Assembly (NCBI GenBank): GCA_029257465.1
Contig: JARIBG010000187.1
Location: 1,421 to 65,420, forward strand
Direction: 5' to 3'
From: Arthrobacter sp.
Lineage (GTDB): Bacteria; Actinomycetota; Actinomycetes; Actinomycetales; Micrococcaceae
DNA: 64,000 nucleotides
Position numbers and translations under genes: made by a program. Of this stretch, positions 51,498 to 61,938 are shown one piece after another (position 1 is the stretch's first letter; the number at the start of each line of letters is the position of its first letter). The notes beneath the pieces are model-generated. The model saw only the letters and a program-made list of their open reading frames with translations. It had not been told where the DNA came from and ran no database searches.

Positions 51498-53220
51498 TGC
51501 GGATCACCACCTCCCGGTACGCGTCGCTGCTGCTCATGAGGTCCCCGTGGGTGCCCTGGGCGCTCACGCGGCCGTCCTCGAGGAACACCACGGTGTCCGT
51601 GGTGCGGAGCATCAGGGGGCTCGCGGCGACGATGACCGTGGTCATCCCCGCCCGCGCTCCTGCCAGGCGGGAGGCGATGCGCTGTTCGGTGTGGGCGTCC
51701 ACGGCGCTGGTCGGCTCGATCAGGATCAGATTCTCCGCCGCCGTCAGGTAGGCGCGCGTGAGCACGAGTCGCTGGCGCTGCCCGCCGGAGAAGCTTCTCC
51801 CGCGCTCGGTGACCTCGTGGTCGAGGCCACCGTCCAGTCCGTCGAGGATGTCCAGGGCGCTGGCCGCCTCGAGCGCTGCGAGGATCGCGGCGTCGTCGTG
51901 CCGGTCGTGCGGGTCGAGCTGGCGGCGCAGGGGACCGCTGAAGAGCTGGGGAGCGGCCTCGCTGACCACGATGCGCGCACGGATCTCCGCCAGTGGCACG
52001 TGGCGCAGGTCCGCCGATCCCCAGCGCACGATCGGTGCTCCGCCTCCGTCGGGTCCGTCCTCGAAGCGCCCGAGGCGAGTGAGGGCCTCCGCCGATTCCG
52101 CAGGCTCCCGTGACACCACGGCGGTGAGGAGTCCGGGTTCGACGACGATGCCGGAGCGCTCGTCGACCAGGACCGAGCCGACCGGTGGGGCAGCGACGTC
52201 CGTGGCGCTCTCGGACACGTTGGCGTCGACGGAGAGCACCGCGAGGATCTTCCGGGCGCCGACGTGGGCGCGGATGAACCGGGCCACGGAGTCGGCAGCA
52301 GCCCTGATGGGTGTCATGAGGAAGATGGAGAAGCCGTACAGGGCCACGAGTTCGCCGGGTGCGATGTCGTCCGCGATCACCAGCGAGGCGCCCACCCAGG
52401 TGAAGACCACGCTGAAGGTTCCTGCGATGAACACCTGGGAGGCCTCGAGATCGGCGAGGGAGTGAGCCACCCGGATCCCCGAGTCACGTGTCGCCGCCGA
52501 CTTCACACGGTAGCGGTCCACGAAGATGTGTTCGCCTCCGATGCCGCGCAGCACGCGCAGGCCTGCCACGGTGTCGGCGCCGACCGCCGTCATCTTCCCC
52601 GCGGCCTCGCGCTGTTCGCGCTGCCGCGCCTGCAGGGGCCGCACCACGAACAGCAGGAGCGCACAGCACACGGGAACACCGATCAGGACCACGACGCCGA
52701 GCACGGGCGAGGTCTGCCAGATGAGGACCGTCACCACGACCCACGCGACCGCCGCGCCGGCCAGTCGCGTCAGCACCTCGTACACCTCCCCGAGCCGGAA
52801 GGCGTCCGAGGCCGCCGTCGAGACCACCTCGCCCGTCGACAGCGCTGTGGGCAGCGCGTCCCCGGTCCTGCTGATCTTGTGCCCCACGAGCTGGACGGAG
52901 CGGAAGGCGGCCTGCATCCAGCTGCTGACCCCTGCCCGGTGCGTCGCGGTGTCGGAGGCCGCCTGCACGATCATGAGCCCGAGCAGGGCGAGGGTCCAGG
53001 CCACCAGGGCTCGGACGTCCTGACCGATGACGCCGTCGTCGATGGCTCTGCCCAGGACGAAGGGCATCACGGCCTGGGACGCCATCCACACCGAGCCCAG
53101 TGCGATCCCGGCGGCCAGGGTCGCCTTCTGGCGCGCCCCGAGCCACAACAGATAGCGCGCCGGCGAGCGCAGGTCCGGCGAGCCGGTCAGGGGGTAGGGA
53201 AAGGAACGCACGAGGACCAA
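51490..53220 (-). CDS. Heterodimeric ABC exporter subunit (degenerate Walker A)
   Basis: TMD + FSGGQRQR, LIEPTSAVD; start uncertain. Confidence 0.88.
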   Translation of the reverse strand: MVLVRSFPYPLTGSPDLRSPARYLLWLGARQKATLAAGIALGSVWMASQAVMPFVLGRAIDDGVIGQDVRALVAWTLALLGLMIVQAASDTATHRAGVSSWMQAAFRSVQLVGHKISRTGDALPTALSTGEVVSTAASDAFRLGEVYEVLTRLAGAAVAWVVVTVLIWQTSPVLGVVVLIGVPVCCALLLFVVRPLQARQREQREAAGKMTAVGADTVAGLRVLRGIGGEHIFVDRYRVKSAATRDSGIRVAHSLADLEASQVFIAGTFSVVFTWVGASLVIADDIAPGELVALYGFSIFLMTPIRAAADSVARFIRAHVGARKILAVLSVDANVSESATDVAAPPVGSVLVDERSGIVVEPGLLTAVVSREPAESAEALTRLGRFEDGPDGGGAPIVRWGSADLRHVPLAEIRARIVVSEAAPQLFSGPLRRQLDPHDRHDDAAILAALEAASALDILDGLDGGLDHEVTERGRSFSGGQRQRLVLTRAYLTAAENLILIEPTSAVDAHTEQRIASRLAGARAGMTTVIVAASPLMLRTTDTVVFLEDGRVSAQGTHGDLMSSSDAYREVVIRSE

Positions 53221-53273
53221 TCGTAGACCTCCGGCATTCGCTGTTCTACAGCGGCACGAAGTACCGTTGAGGG

Positions 53274-54233
53274 GTGTTGAAGACGGCGCTCAAACCCCGA
53301 TGGATCCTCACGCTGATCCTCGCGATGGCGATCGCCTCCGTCTTCGTCCTGTTGAGCCAGTGGCAGTTCAGCTCGTCGAGTGAGTCCGCGCCGCCCGCCC
53401 CGACCACCACCGAGACCGTCCGACCCCTCACGGAGATCCTCCAGCCGCTCACCCCCCTGTACGCGACGGGGGCGGACCAGATGGTCTCCTTCGACGGCTC
53501 CTTCGTTCCCGGGACCCGCATCCTGGTCCAGGACCGGCTGCTCGACGGCGTCGAGGGCCTGTGGGTGGTCCAGGGATTCGCCGTCGACGGCTCGGCCGTC
53601 GACGGCTCGGCCGCAGACCCGGATGCCGGCACAGCTGATGCGCTCATCCCGGTCGTCCTGGGCTGGGTCGACACCGCGGACCGGGCGGCCGCGCTGCCCG
53701 AGCGGTCGGGGGCCTCGAGCGTCGTCGGTCGCCTCCTGCCCCCCGAGGCCCCCGAGGTGCAGCGGCCCGTCGAGGGCCAGGTCCCCACGGTGTCCACGGC
53801 GGCGCTGTCGAATGTGTGGGACCAGCCGGTCTACGCCGCCTTCGTCGTCGCGTCCGAGGTGACCCAGGACGGTGTCCAGGTCCCCTTCGACGCCGGCATG
53901 GAGCAGGTGATCGTCGGCCCGCAGCCGCAGGAGACTCCCGTCAACTGGTTGAACATCTTCTACGCCATCGAGTGGGTGGTCTTCGCCGGTTTCGCGTTCT
54001 TCCTGTGGTGGCGCCTCGTCGCCGACGACCACCGCCGTTCCCTCGAGGACGCGGCCGACGCCGAGGAGGCCCGCTCCGGGGAGGTTGCCGGGGGCGTCAC
54101 AGCGCAGGACGACGTCGCCTTCGTCGACCCGGTCGCCGTGACCTCCGGTCCTGACGCGTCCATGAGATCCAGCAGGGCAGCCGGCACGAGCGCCGTCGCC
54201 GTCCCCGACAGTGAAAGCGGTACGTTCCCGTGA
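53274..54233 (+). CDS. SURF1-family membrane protein
   Basis: N-terminal TM ending 'WQ', 'GW', C-terminal 'N..YA.EW..FA'. Confidence 0.8.
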   Translation: MLKTALKPRWILTLILAMAIASVFVLLSQWQFSSSSESAPPAPTTTETVRPLTEILQPLTPLYATGADQMVSFDGSFVPGTRILVQDRLLDGVEGLWVVQGFAVDGSAVDGSAADPDAGTADALIPVVLGWVDTADRAAALPERSGASSVVGRLLPPEAPEVQRPVEGQVPTVSTAALSNVWDQPVYAAFVVASEVTQDGVQVPFDAGMEQVIVGPQPQETPVNWLNIFYAIEWVVFAGFAFFLWWRLVADDHRRSLEDAADAEEARSGEVAGGVTAQDDVAFVDPVAVTSGPDASMRSSRAAGTSAVAVPDSESGTFP

Positions 54234-54712
54234 CAGAGCCAGCACTCGATCCCGCCGGTCGGCGTCAACCCCCGACAAAGGCTCCGAAGCGGCGCTTCGG
54301 CGGCACGCACGCCCAGATCCGCTCCGCTCTGTCGTTCTACCGCGTCCTGGCGTACCTCACCGGGGTCATGCTGCTGCTCGTCGTCGTCGAGATGGTGGCC
54401 AAGTACGGGTTCGACTCCGAGATCGTGGCGGGCGGCGGAGCGTTCATCCAGTTCCTGCCCGAGGTGGTCGCCGAGACCGCGGGCGGCTTCAATCTCTCGA
54501 CGGCGGTGCTGATCGTCCACGGGTGGCTCTATGTGCTCTACCTCATCGCGGACTTCCGGCTCTGGCAGTTCATGCGGTGGCCGTTCAGCAGATTCGTGCT
54601 CATCGCGCTCGGCGGGGTGGTACCCCTGCTGTCCTTCTTCGTGGAGCGGCGTATCCACCGCCAGGCCGAGGCGGATCTGCAGGCACACCCGGAAGCCCTG
54701 CAGCGCTACTGA
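54230..54712 (+). CDS. DUF3817-type membrane protein
   Basis: YR..AY.TG..L, HGW.Y..Y, G.VP..SF..E. Confidence 0.8.
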   Translation: MTEPALDPAGRRQPPTKAPKRRFGGTHAQIRSALSFYRVLAYLTGVMLLLVVVEMVAKYGFDSEIVAGGGAFIQFLPEVVAETAGGFNLSTAVLIVHGWLYVLYLIADFRLWQFMRWPFSRFVLIALGGVVPLLSFFVERRIHRQAEADLQAHPEALQRY

Positions 54713-54814
54713 TCTCCCCGGCGCCCGTCACCACCCGGTGAGGGGCGCTCATCGCCCTCCCTCACGCCGTCGTCCCCTGCGCGGTACCACGCGGGCTGCG
54801 ACTACTATTGACGC

Positions 54815-56401
54815 GTGAGAACCCCCGAGAATGCCTCCGAACATCGTCCTGTCCTCGTCGTGGACTACGGCGCACAGTACGCGCAGCTGATCGCACGCCG
54901 GGTCCGCGAGGCGGACGTCTATTCCGAGATCGTCCCGCACACGCTCAGTACGCAGGACATTCTGGCGAAGAACCCGGCGGCCATCATCCTCTCCGGTGGT
55001 CCCGCCAGCGTCTATGCCGACGGGGCACCCTCTGTCGACGCCGACCTGTTCGAGGCAGGAGTGCCCGTCCTGGGGATCTGCTATGGCTTCCAGGCCATGG
55101 CCCGGGCGCTCGGGGGTACCGTCGCGCAGACCGGACTGCGGGAATACGGTGCCACGGAGGTCCGCTCGGAGGGTGCCTCCCGGTCTATCCTCAGCGGGAC
55201 GCCCGACCACCACGACAGCTGGATGAGCCACGGCGACAGCGTCCAGGCGGCTCCGGCCGGTTTCGACGTGCTCGCGCGCAGTGCCGGAGCGCCGGTCGCG
55301 GCCTTCGCCGACGAGGACAAGGGGCTCTACGGTGTGCAGTGGCACCCCGAGGTGAAGCATTCCCAGCACGGTCAGTTGATCCTCGAGAACTTTCTCTACC
55401 GCGGTGCCGGGCTGGCCCCGAACTGGACCACGGGGGACATCCTGGAGGAGCAGGTGGAACGGATCCGCGAGCAGATCGGTGGAGCCCGGGTGATCTGCGG
55501 GCTCTCGGGAGGCGTCGATTCCGCCGTTGCGGCAGCCCTCGTGCAGCGCGCGGTCGGCGACCAGCTCACGTGCGTCTTCGTGGACCACGGACTGCTGCGC
55601 GAGGGCGAGGCCGAGCAGGTCGAGCGTGATTTCGTCGCCGCCACCGGCGTCAGGCTCCATGTCGCGGACGAGCAGGAGCGCTTCCTCCACGCGCTCGCCG
55701 GTGTCTCGGATCCGGAGGACAAGCGCAAGATCATCGGACGTGAGTTCATCCGGGCCTTCGAGGAGGCGGAGCGCACCATCATGCGCGAGGCGGAGGCCGA
55801 GGGCGAGGCCATCCGCTTCCTCGTGCAGGGGACCCTCTACCCCGACGTCGTCGAGTCGGGCGGCGGTGAGGGCGCCGCGAACATCAAGAGCCACCACAAC
55901 GTGGGCGGCCTGCCCGAGGATCTGCGGTTCGAACTCGTCGAGCCACTGCGGACCCTGTTCAAGGACGAGGTGCGGGCCGTGGGCGCGCAGCTCGGACTAC
56001 CCGCGGAGATCGTGGGGCGTCAGCCCTTCCCCGGCCCCGGTCTGGGGATCAGGATCGTCGGCGAGATCACCCGGGAACGGCTCGAACTCCTGCGCCGGGC
56101 CGATGCCATCGCCCGCGCCGAACTCACCGTGGCCGGTCTGGACACGGAGGTCTGGCAGATGCCCGTGGTGCTCCTGGCCGATGTGCGCAGTGTCGGTGTC
56201 CAGGGTGATGGTCGGACCTACGGCCACCCGATCGTCCTCCGACCGGTGTCGAGCGAGGACGCGATGACCGCAGACTGGTCGCGCCTGCCCTACGACCTGC
56301 TGGCGAGGATCTCGAACCGCATCACGAACGAGGTCGACGGCGTCAACCGCGTGGTGCTCGACGTGACGAGCAAGCCGCCCGGAACCATCGAGTGGGAGTA
56401 G
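54815..56401 (+). CDS. guaA: GMP synthase (glutamine-hydrolysing)
   Basis: [33 protein letters not shown]. Confidence 0.98.
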   Translation: MRTPENASEHRPVLVVDYGAQYAQLIARRVREADVYSEIVPHTLSTQDILAKNPAAIILSGGPASVYADGAPSVDADLFEAGVPVLGICYGFQAMARALGGTVAQTGLREYGATEVRSEGASRSILSGTPDHHDSWMSHGDSVQAAPAGFDVLARSAGAPVAAFADEDKGLYGVQWHPEVKHSQHGQLILENFLYRGAGLAPNWTTGDILEEQVERIREQIGGARVICGLSGGVDSAVAAALVQRAVGDQLTCVFVDHGLLREGEAEQVERDFVAATGVRLHVADEQERFLHALAGVSDPEDKRKIIGREFIRAFEEAERTIMREAEAEGEAIRFLVQGTLYPDVVESGGGEGAANIKSHHNVGGLPEDLRFELVEPLRTLFKDEVRAVGAQLGLPAEIVGRQPFPGPGLGIRIVGEITRERLELLRRADAIARAELTVAGLDTEVWQMPVVLLADVRSVGVQGDGRTYGHPIVLRPVSSEDAMTADWSRLPYDLLARISNRITNEVDGVNRVVLDVTSKPPGTIEWE

Positions 56402-56494
56402 GCGGAGCCGGAGGAGGGCATGAACCTACCCTCCGCAGTCGGGGTCGCGTTGCTGTTGGCGGGCCCGGGACGCTTTTCGGATAGTTTGGAGACT

Positions 56495-59400
56495 ATGCCC
56501 ATCTGGTCGAGATCAGCCCGTGACAACGCAGGAGAGAAGGCGGTCGTGCCGGAGCAGGACCAGAGCAACACGGCGGAGCGTCCTACTGACGCAGCGCAGC
56601 AGCGGGACGCACGGCAGGACGCGCGTCCTGCCGCCCGGTCCGACGACCACTCGGGCGCCGTGCCGGATCAACCCGGTCAGGGACGGTCCCGGCAGGTGCC
56701 GTCCACGAACGACTCTGCCACGAACGGCTCTGCCGCGGAGGAGGACCTGCTGTCCTGGATCGAGGACCTCGGACCGCAGTCGGCAGGAGACACCCTGCTG
56801 CACTTCAGCCCCGCGGCAGGAACGACGATCGAGCTGACCCATGCTCACCCCTCGGGGCTCGCGCAACTGCTGGCGGGTCGCCGGACACGGCTGTCCACCC
56901 TCCTGCGGGATCCCGCACAGTACGGTGAGGCGAAGGCAGCCGCACGCGCTCTGCGAGCCAAGATCTTCGAGCTCGGTACCGAGCGGGGCATCGACGTCGG
57001 GTACCTGGCTGCCGGCACGGCGTCGTGGCGCGCCACCGACGACGCGGGGCGCTCCGAGACGCTGAACGCCCCGGTACTCCTCAGCGCCGTTTCCCTGACG
57101 GTGCACGCCGCGCAGGACGACTACGAACTGAAGCTCACCGGACAGGCACAGCTGAATCCGGCGCTGGTGCGTCACCTCAGGGTCAAGCAGGGCCTGACCG
57201 TGCATCCGGACAGGATCGCGCAGCTCGCGTACGGCACCGCGCGCCTCGATCCCCATCCCGTGCTCGAGCACCTGCGGGCACTCGCTGCAGAGGTCCGCGG
57301 CCTGTCCGTGGAGCACCGGATCCTCGTGTCGACCTTCGCGGATCTCCCCGGCGTCAAGGGTGATCCGGCGCTGAGCTCCGACCACCCGGTGCTCGCGGCG
57401 CTCATGGGTGCCGCCGGACAGGACGCCGCTGGACCCTCCGAACTGATCAGTGCGGCCGACCACGTGACCTTCCCCCCGACCGACGAGCGCGACCCGCAGG
57501 ACGAGATGCTGATCCTGGACGCCGACGGGGTTCAGCAGGAGGTACTGGATCTGGTGGCCTCGGGCATCAGCGTGGCGGTGGCCTCTCCTCCGGGAACGGG
57601 CCAGACGCAGACCGCGCTGAACATCGCAGCGCGGTCGGCGCAGACCGGATCGATGCTGGTCGTCAGCGCCGAGCGCCGCAGCACCCTCGACGGGTTCGTG
57701 CAGAACCTCGAGGGGTTCGCTCTGGGCTCCCTGGTACTGCAGGTGGGCAGCCGTACCGGGTCGGCGCAGCTCCGGGAAGCGGTCATCCGGGCCATCGTTC
57801 GCAACGAGAAGGCCCGGGAACCGGAGCTCACGGAGCTCCACTCGACCCTGACGGGGCATCGTCATCAGCTCATCGATCATGTGAGCAGCCTTCACGATGT
57901 CCGCAGCCGGTGGGCCTGCTCGCCCTACCAGGCCATGCAGTCCCTGGCCCGCCTCACAGCGCTCGAGCCAGCGCCGTCCACGCCCGTCCGGCTCAAGCGC
58001 AGCGTGCTCGACGCCATCGTGGACCGCGCGGAACTCACCGAGCGCCTCGAGCGGGCAGCCGAGCTGGGCAGCTTCAGCAGAGCATCGACCGAGAGTCCCT
58101 GGTACGGCGCACCCCTGCTGAACCGCAGGGAGACGGAGCACGCGCATGCACTGGCGGAGCAGCTCTCCGAGGAGATCCCCGAGGTTCGTGCCCGGGTACG
58201 CGCTGTGGCGGAGCATGCCGACCTCCACCTCGGAGGCACCTTCGGGGAGTGGAACGATCAGCTCGACCTCGTCGTCGCCGTCCAGGAGAGCCTCGACAAG
58301 TTCACCCCCGACCTGTTCGACCGTCCCGTCACGGATCTCATCTCCGCCACCGCCCCGTCCTCGTGGCGCCGGGAACGCGAGATCGAGATGAGCTCGATGA
58401 CGAGATCGCGACTGCGACGCGTGGCCCGCGAGTACATCCGTCCCGGCGTCCACATCGCTGATATCCACGCCTCCCTGCTCGACGTGCAGCAGCAACGCAC
58501 GCTCTGGAGCGCTCATGCTCGCTCCGACCGGCAGCCCTCGGTGCCGGGAGGACTGACCGAACTCCGCACGCAGTACAGGGAGGTCGAGGAGCGCCTGGCG
58601 GAACTCACCGGGATCCTTCGGCCCACCGACTCTCACCCCGATCTGGCAGCGCTCGGCCTCGACGAGCTCGAAGCCCTGCTCCGCGATCTCGCGGGAGACA
58701 GACCGGCACTGGAAACACTGCCGGAGCGCACGCTGCTGCTCGACGAGATGCGCGAGCAGGGTCTGGGGGAGCTGGTCGCCGATCTGGCGTCTCGCGAGGT
58801 ACCCGCCGACCAAGTGGGGGCCGAGCTCGAGCTCGCATGGTGGCAGTCGGTCCTCGAGGCCATGATCAGCGGCGACGACTACCTCGCCATGTCCGACGGC
58901 GACAGCTTGCGCACGCTCGAGGCGGAGTACCGCGCGGCCGACGACGCCCACATCGCCTCGGGTCCCGCCAGGATCCGCTGGGCTCTCGCCGAACGCTGGC
59001 GCGCCGCCGTGCAGGATCACCCGCAGGACGCGGGGCGTCTGCGTCAGGAGCTCAAGGACGGCACCCTGACCCTCGAGGTCCTCGCGTCCCTGCACCGCGA
59101 TCTCGTCACCTCCCTGCTTCCCGTGTGGAGTGTGAGCCCCCTGAGCATCAGGGCATCCGTGCCGGAGGGATTCTCCTTCGACACGGCCGTCCTCCTCGAC
59201 GGCGAGTCGATGTCCGTGCAGAGCGCGGTGCCCTGCGTGGCGCGCTCCGGTCAGGTGGTCATCTTCGGGGACGATCGGCTGGCCGGACCTACACGCTTCG
59301 GGGTCGAGGCGCAGCCGGCGGATCGGGCGTCGGTCTTCGAGCCGTTGCCCAGTGCGTTCGACGCGCTGCGCGCCGTCCTGCCCGTGCGGGGCCTGACGGA

Positions 59401-60661
59401 GGTGTACCGAGGCGTGGACCGCGCCCTCAGCACGCTGCTGAGCGAGTCCTTCTACGACGGCAAGCTCTCGCGGTTACCGCAGGCCTCGGAGGTCACGGGG
59501 GAGACCCGCGGCCTCACGCTCGAGTACCTGTCCCGCGGCACGGGCATCCCGAGCTCCGAACACGACGGCGTCGAGAGCGTCGACGCGGAGGTGGACCGCG
59601 TGCTCGAACTCGTCCTCGATCACGTCCGTCATCGCTCGGACCGCTCCCTGGCCGTGATCACGGCCAGCACCCGGCATGCGGTGCGCGTGGGCGAGGCGAT
59701 CCGTCAGCAGCTGGTCGAGCTCCCCTGGGCCAGGGAGTTCTTCACCGCGGGCAGGGAGGCGTTCCGGGTGATCCCCGTGGAGCGTGCAGGAGGACTGATC
59801 CGTGATGACGTCATCTTCTCCCTCGGGTACGGGCGGGCTCCCCACGGCCGCACCCTGCACTCCTTCGGCTCGTTGTCCGGGCCCAACGGTCGGCGGAACT
59901 TCGTCATGGCCATGACGAGGGCGCGGCGTCGTCTGCACGTTCTGACGTGCTTCCAGCCGTCGGATCTCGACCCGGACCGGCTTACCGCCGGCGCCCTCGA
60001 CTTCTACGCCCTGCTGCAGCAGGAGCTCGGGGCGGAGCAGGAGCCCGTTGCGGCCGCATCCGCGACCAACGAGGATCCGCTGGTCGCCGATCTCGCGGAC
60101 CGCCTGCGCTCGCGCGGTGCCGAGGTGAAGGATCACTACGCCGGTGTCCTGGACATCGTCGCCGTCCGCCCCGCCGATCTGCGGGCGGACGGAAGCGCGG
60201 CGGCCGTACAGGACGAACGTCCCGCGGCGGTGGCCATCGAGTCCGACGGCACCAGCAGATACGGGGCGATGTCCGTCCGGGAACGCAGCAGACTCCGTCC
60301 AGAGGTGCTCGAGCGCATGGGCTGGCGGTACCTGCCGCTGTGGACCATCGAGGTGTTCGCGGATCCCGACGGATGTGCGGAGCGCGCCTCGGCCCTCATC
60401 GGACTGCCGCCGCGCAGCAGCGAGCAGGGTCTTCCGGGCGGGAAGAGCGAGCAGGGTCTTCCGGGCGGGAAGAACGCCGGTCGCCCACAGGAGGAGCACC
60501 CCAGCCGCACCCTCAGACCCGCAGCCGGGTCCGCGCGCACCGACGATCCCTCGCCCGTTCTCCCGGTGACCGCCGGAGAGGACGAACCACGATCCTGGGG
60601 AGACACCGAGGACGATCACGATGCCTGGCTGAGGGAGCAGCGGCCCCCGCACTGGGGGTAG
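56495..60661 (+). CDS. DUF4011-type SF1 helicase-like protein with C-terminal restriction-endonuclease-like domain, ATPase motifs degenerate
   Basis: SPPGTGQT, LLDGE, FGD, S..FYDG.L, MTRARR, AIESDG..R.R..L..MGW..W; start MPIWSR at 56495 after TAGTTT. Confidence 0.75.
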   Translation: MPIWSRSARDNAGEKAVVPEQDQSNTAERPTDAAQQRDARQDARPAARSDDHSGAVPDQPGQGRSRQVPSTNDSATNGSAAEEDLLSWIEDLGPQSAGDTLLHFSPAAGTTIELTHAHPSGLAQLLAGRRTRLSTLLRDPAQYGEAKAAARALRAKIFELGTERGIDVGYLAAGTASWRATDDAGRSETLNAPVLLSAVSLTVHAAQDDYELKLTGQAQLNPALVRHLRVKQGLTVHPDRIAQLAYGTARLDPHPVLEHLRALAAEVRGLSVEHRILVSTFADLPGVKGDPALSSDHPVLAALMGAAGQDAAGPSELISAADHVTFPPTDERDPQDEMLILDADGVQQEVLDLVASGISVAVASPPGTGQTQTALNIAARSAQTGSMLVVSAERRSTLDGFVQNLEGFALGSLVLQVGSRTGSAQLREAVIRAIVRNEKAREPELTELHSTLTGHRHQLIDHVSSLHDVRSRWACSPYQAMQSLARLTALEPAPSTPVRLKRSVLDAIVDRAELTERLERAAELGSFSRASTESPWYGAPLLNRRETEHAHALAEQLSEEIPEVRARVRAVAEHADLHLGGTFGEWNDQLDLVVAVQESLDKFTPDLFDRPVTDLISATAPSSWRREREIEMSSMTRSRLRRVAREYIRPGVHIADIHASLLDVQQQRTLWSAHARSDRQPSVPGGLTELRTQYREVEERLAELTGILRPTDSHPDLAALGLDELEALLRDLAGDRPALETLPERTLLLDEMREQGLGELVADLASREVPADQVGAELELAWWQSVLEAMISGDDYLAMSDGDSLRTLEAEYRAADDAHIASGPARIRWALAERWRAAVQDHPQDAGRLRQELKDGTLTLEVLASLHRDLVTSLLPVWSVSPLSIRASVPEGFSFDTAVLLDGESMSVQSAVPCVARSGQVVIFGDDRLAGPTRFGVEAQPADRASVFEPLPSAFDALRAVLPVRGLTEVYRGVDRALSTLLSESFYDGKLSRLPQASEVTGETRGLTLEYLSRGTGIPSSEHDGVESVDAEVDRVLELVLDHVRHRSDRSLAVITASTRHAVRVGEAIRQQLVELPWAREFFTAGREAFRVIPVERAGGLIRDDVIFSLGYGRAPHGRTLHSFGSLSGPNGRRNFVMAMTRARRRLHVLTCFQPSDLDPDRLTAGALDFYALLQQELGAEQEPVAAASATNEDPLVADLADRLRSRGAEVKDHYAGVLDIVAVRPADLRADGSAAAVQDERPAAVAIESDGTSRYGAMSVRERSRLRPEVLERMGWRYLPLWTIEVFADPDGCAERASALIGLPPRSSEQGLPGGKSEQGLPGGKNAGRPQEEHPSRTLRPAAGSARTDDPSPVLPVTAGEDEPRSWGDTEDDHDAWLREQRPPHWG
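60419..60472 (+). repeat. In-frame 27-bp perfect tandem duplication (SEQGLPGGK x2)
   Basis: agcgagcagggtcttccgggcgggaag twice. Confidence 0.9.
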
Positions 60662-60737
60662 GGCGGGAAGTCTTCCGGGGGTCGAGCGGGTGTCACGTCC
60701 AGGTGCGTTCGTGGGATGCCCTGGTCGTATGCCGTCA

Positions 60738-61406
60738 TCACGGACCGGAGGTCAGGACGAGGTGTACGTCCCCCGAGCTCGAGGAACCTGCGAGCACGGC
60801 GGCGTCGTCGGCTCCTGCCGCGACGACGACGAGCCCGCCCTCGGAGTCTGCGCCGGGCCAGCTGCCACCCGATGCACCCGAATCCGTCCACAGGACGGAC
60901 ACCGAGCGGGCCAGCACGGTGGAGTGCGCGGTGGCGTCGTAGCTGTCACCCGTGCTGAGGACGACGTCCACCAGCTGGCCCGGAACCAGGAGTTGGACTG
61001 TCGCCGGATCGGCCGGGCGCAGCGGGACTGCGACGGTTCCCGGAGCTGTGCCGGTCAGGAGTCCCTCACCCACGAGCGACGTGGGATACACGTGGGCGCC
61101 CTGGAGCAGGGGAGAGGCAAGCTGCTGGCCCAGCACCAGTCCGGCGTCCTCGAGGACGCCCCCGACGGCGGCTTCCTCCGGAACCCGGAGGATCATCACG
61201 TCGGACTCGGAGATCACCGTTCCCGCCGCCAAGTCGCGGGCCGCACTGACCACGGGCGTGGAGGCGGGTTCATCTCCCACGGCTGCCTCGACGGCCACAC
61301 CTGCTGCGGCGCAGAAGAGCAGGCAGGCCAGGAGGCGTCTATGACGATGCAGCGTCCTGCGCCAGCGGTGACGGAGTGTGCTGGCCTGCTGCCGCGTGGA
61401 GTCCAT
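60738..61406 (-). CDS. SAF-domain / RcpC-CpaB-like protein
   Basis: N-terminal TM, VV.AARDL.AG, L.PG..VDV; usual neighbour of fmdB-like genes. Confidence 0.78.
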   Translation of the reverse strand: MDSTRQQASTLRHRWRRTLHRHRRLLACLLFCAAAGVAVEAAVGDEPASTPVVSAARDLAAGTVISESDVMILRVPEEAAVGGVLEDAGLVLGQQLASPLLQGAHVYPTSLVGEGLLTGTAPGTVAVPLRPADPATVQLLVPGQLVDVVLSTGDSYDATAHSTVLARSVSVLWTDSGASGGSWPGADSEGGLVVVAAGADDAAVLAGSSSSGDVHLVLTSGP

Positions 61407-61519
61407 GAACGGAACGTATCCGCCGCCGGTGGAGCATCAGGACTCTGCGCGCACTATGTGGACAGCTATGGCGCTCGACTTTCCTGGGGCTGTCAGGGCT
61501 GTCAGGGCTGTGTGGGCGG

Positions 61520-61852
61520 TCAGGGTTGTGCTGGGGCCGTGCTGGGGGAGGACGACGACGTCGTCGAACTGTCCGTCTTCGGGGCCGCTGCGCCGCCTGT
61601 GGAGGACGTGGCGGACTCCGAACCCGACGCTGCCGGGGCGCTTGAGGAGGAACCGGCATCGGCGTTCACCGCGCCTGACCTGGAATCGTTCCGGTAGAAG
61701 CCCGAGCCCTTGAAGACCACACCCACGCTGTTGAATTTCTTCCGCAGGGAGCCGTCGCACTCGGGGCAGATGGTGAGAGAGTCCTCGGAGAACGACTGCT
61801 GGATGTCGAACGCGTGACCGCACTGCTTGCAGGCGTAGGCGTACATGGGCAT
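61520..61852 (-). CDS. FmdB-family zinc-ribbon protein (Rv0991c/Ruc-like)
   Basis: MP.Y.Y.CxxC..CPEC, FKGSGFY.ND, Ser/Ala-rich tail; AGGAGG RBS. Confidence 0.92.
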   Translation of the reverse strand: MPMYAYACKQCGHAFDIQQSFSEDSLTICPECDGSLRKKFNSVGVVFKGSGFYRNDSRSGAVNADAGSSSSAPAASGSESATSSTGGAAAPKTDSSTTSSSSPSTAPAQP

Positions 61853-61910
61853 GGGAGTCCTCCTGAACAGGCGTCTGATGACCCCGGGTACCTGCGTCCG
61901 CACAGAACGA

Positions 61911-61937
61911 CTGGCACTCTCAAGGGTCGAGTGCCAG
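61911..61937 (-). promoter_or_regulatory. CIRCE upstream of the FmdB-like gene
   Basis: CTGGCACTC-TCAAGGGTC-GAGTGCCAG; arms identical to CIRCE 1 of groES. Confidence 0.92.
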
Positions 61938-61938
61938 T

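Noticed and set aside
61487-61530. GGGCTGTCA-type 9-bp repeats at the FmdB-like gene stop
   Set aside because: Short VNTR or duplicated stop context with no evidence of function.
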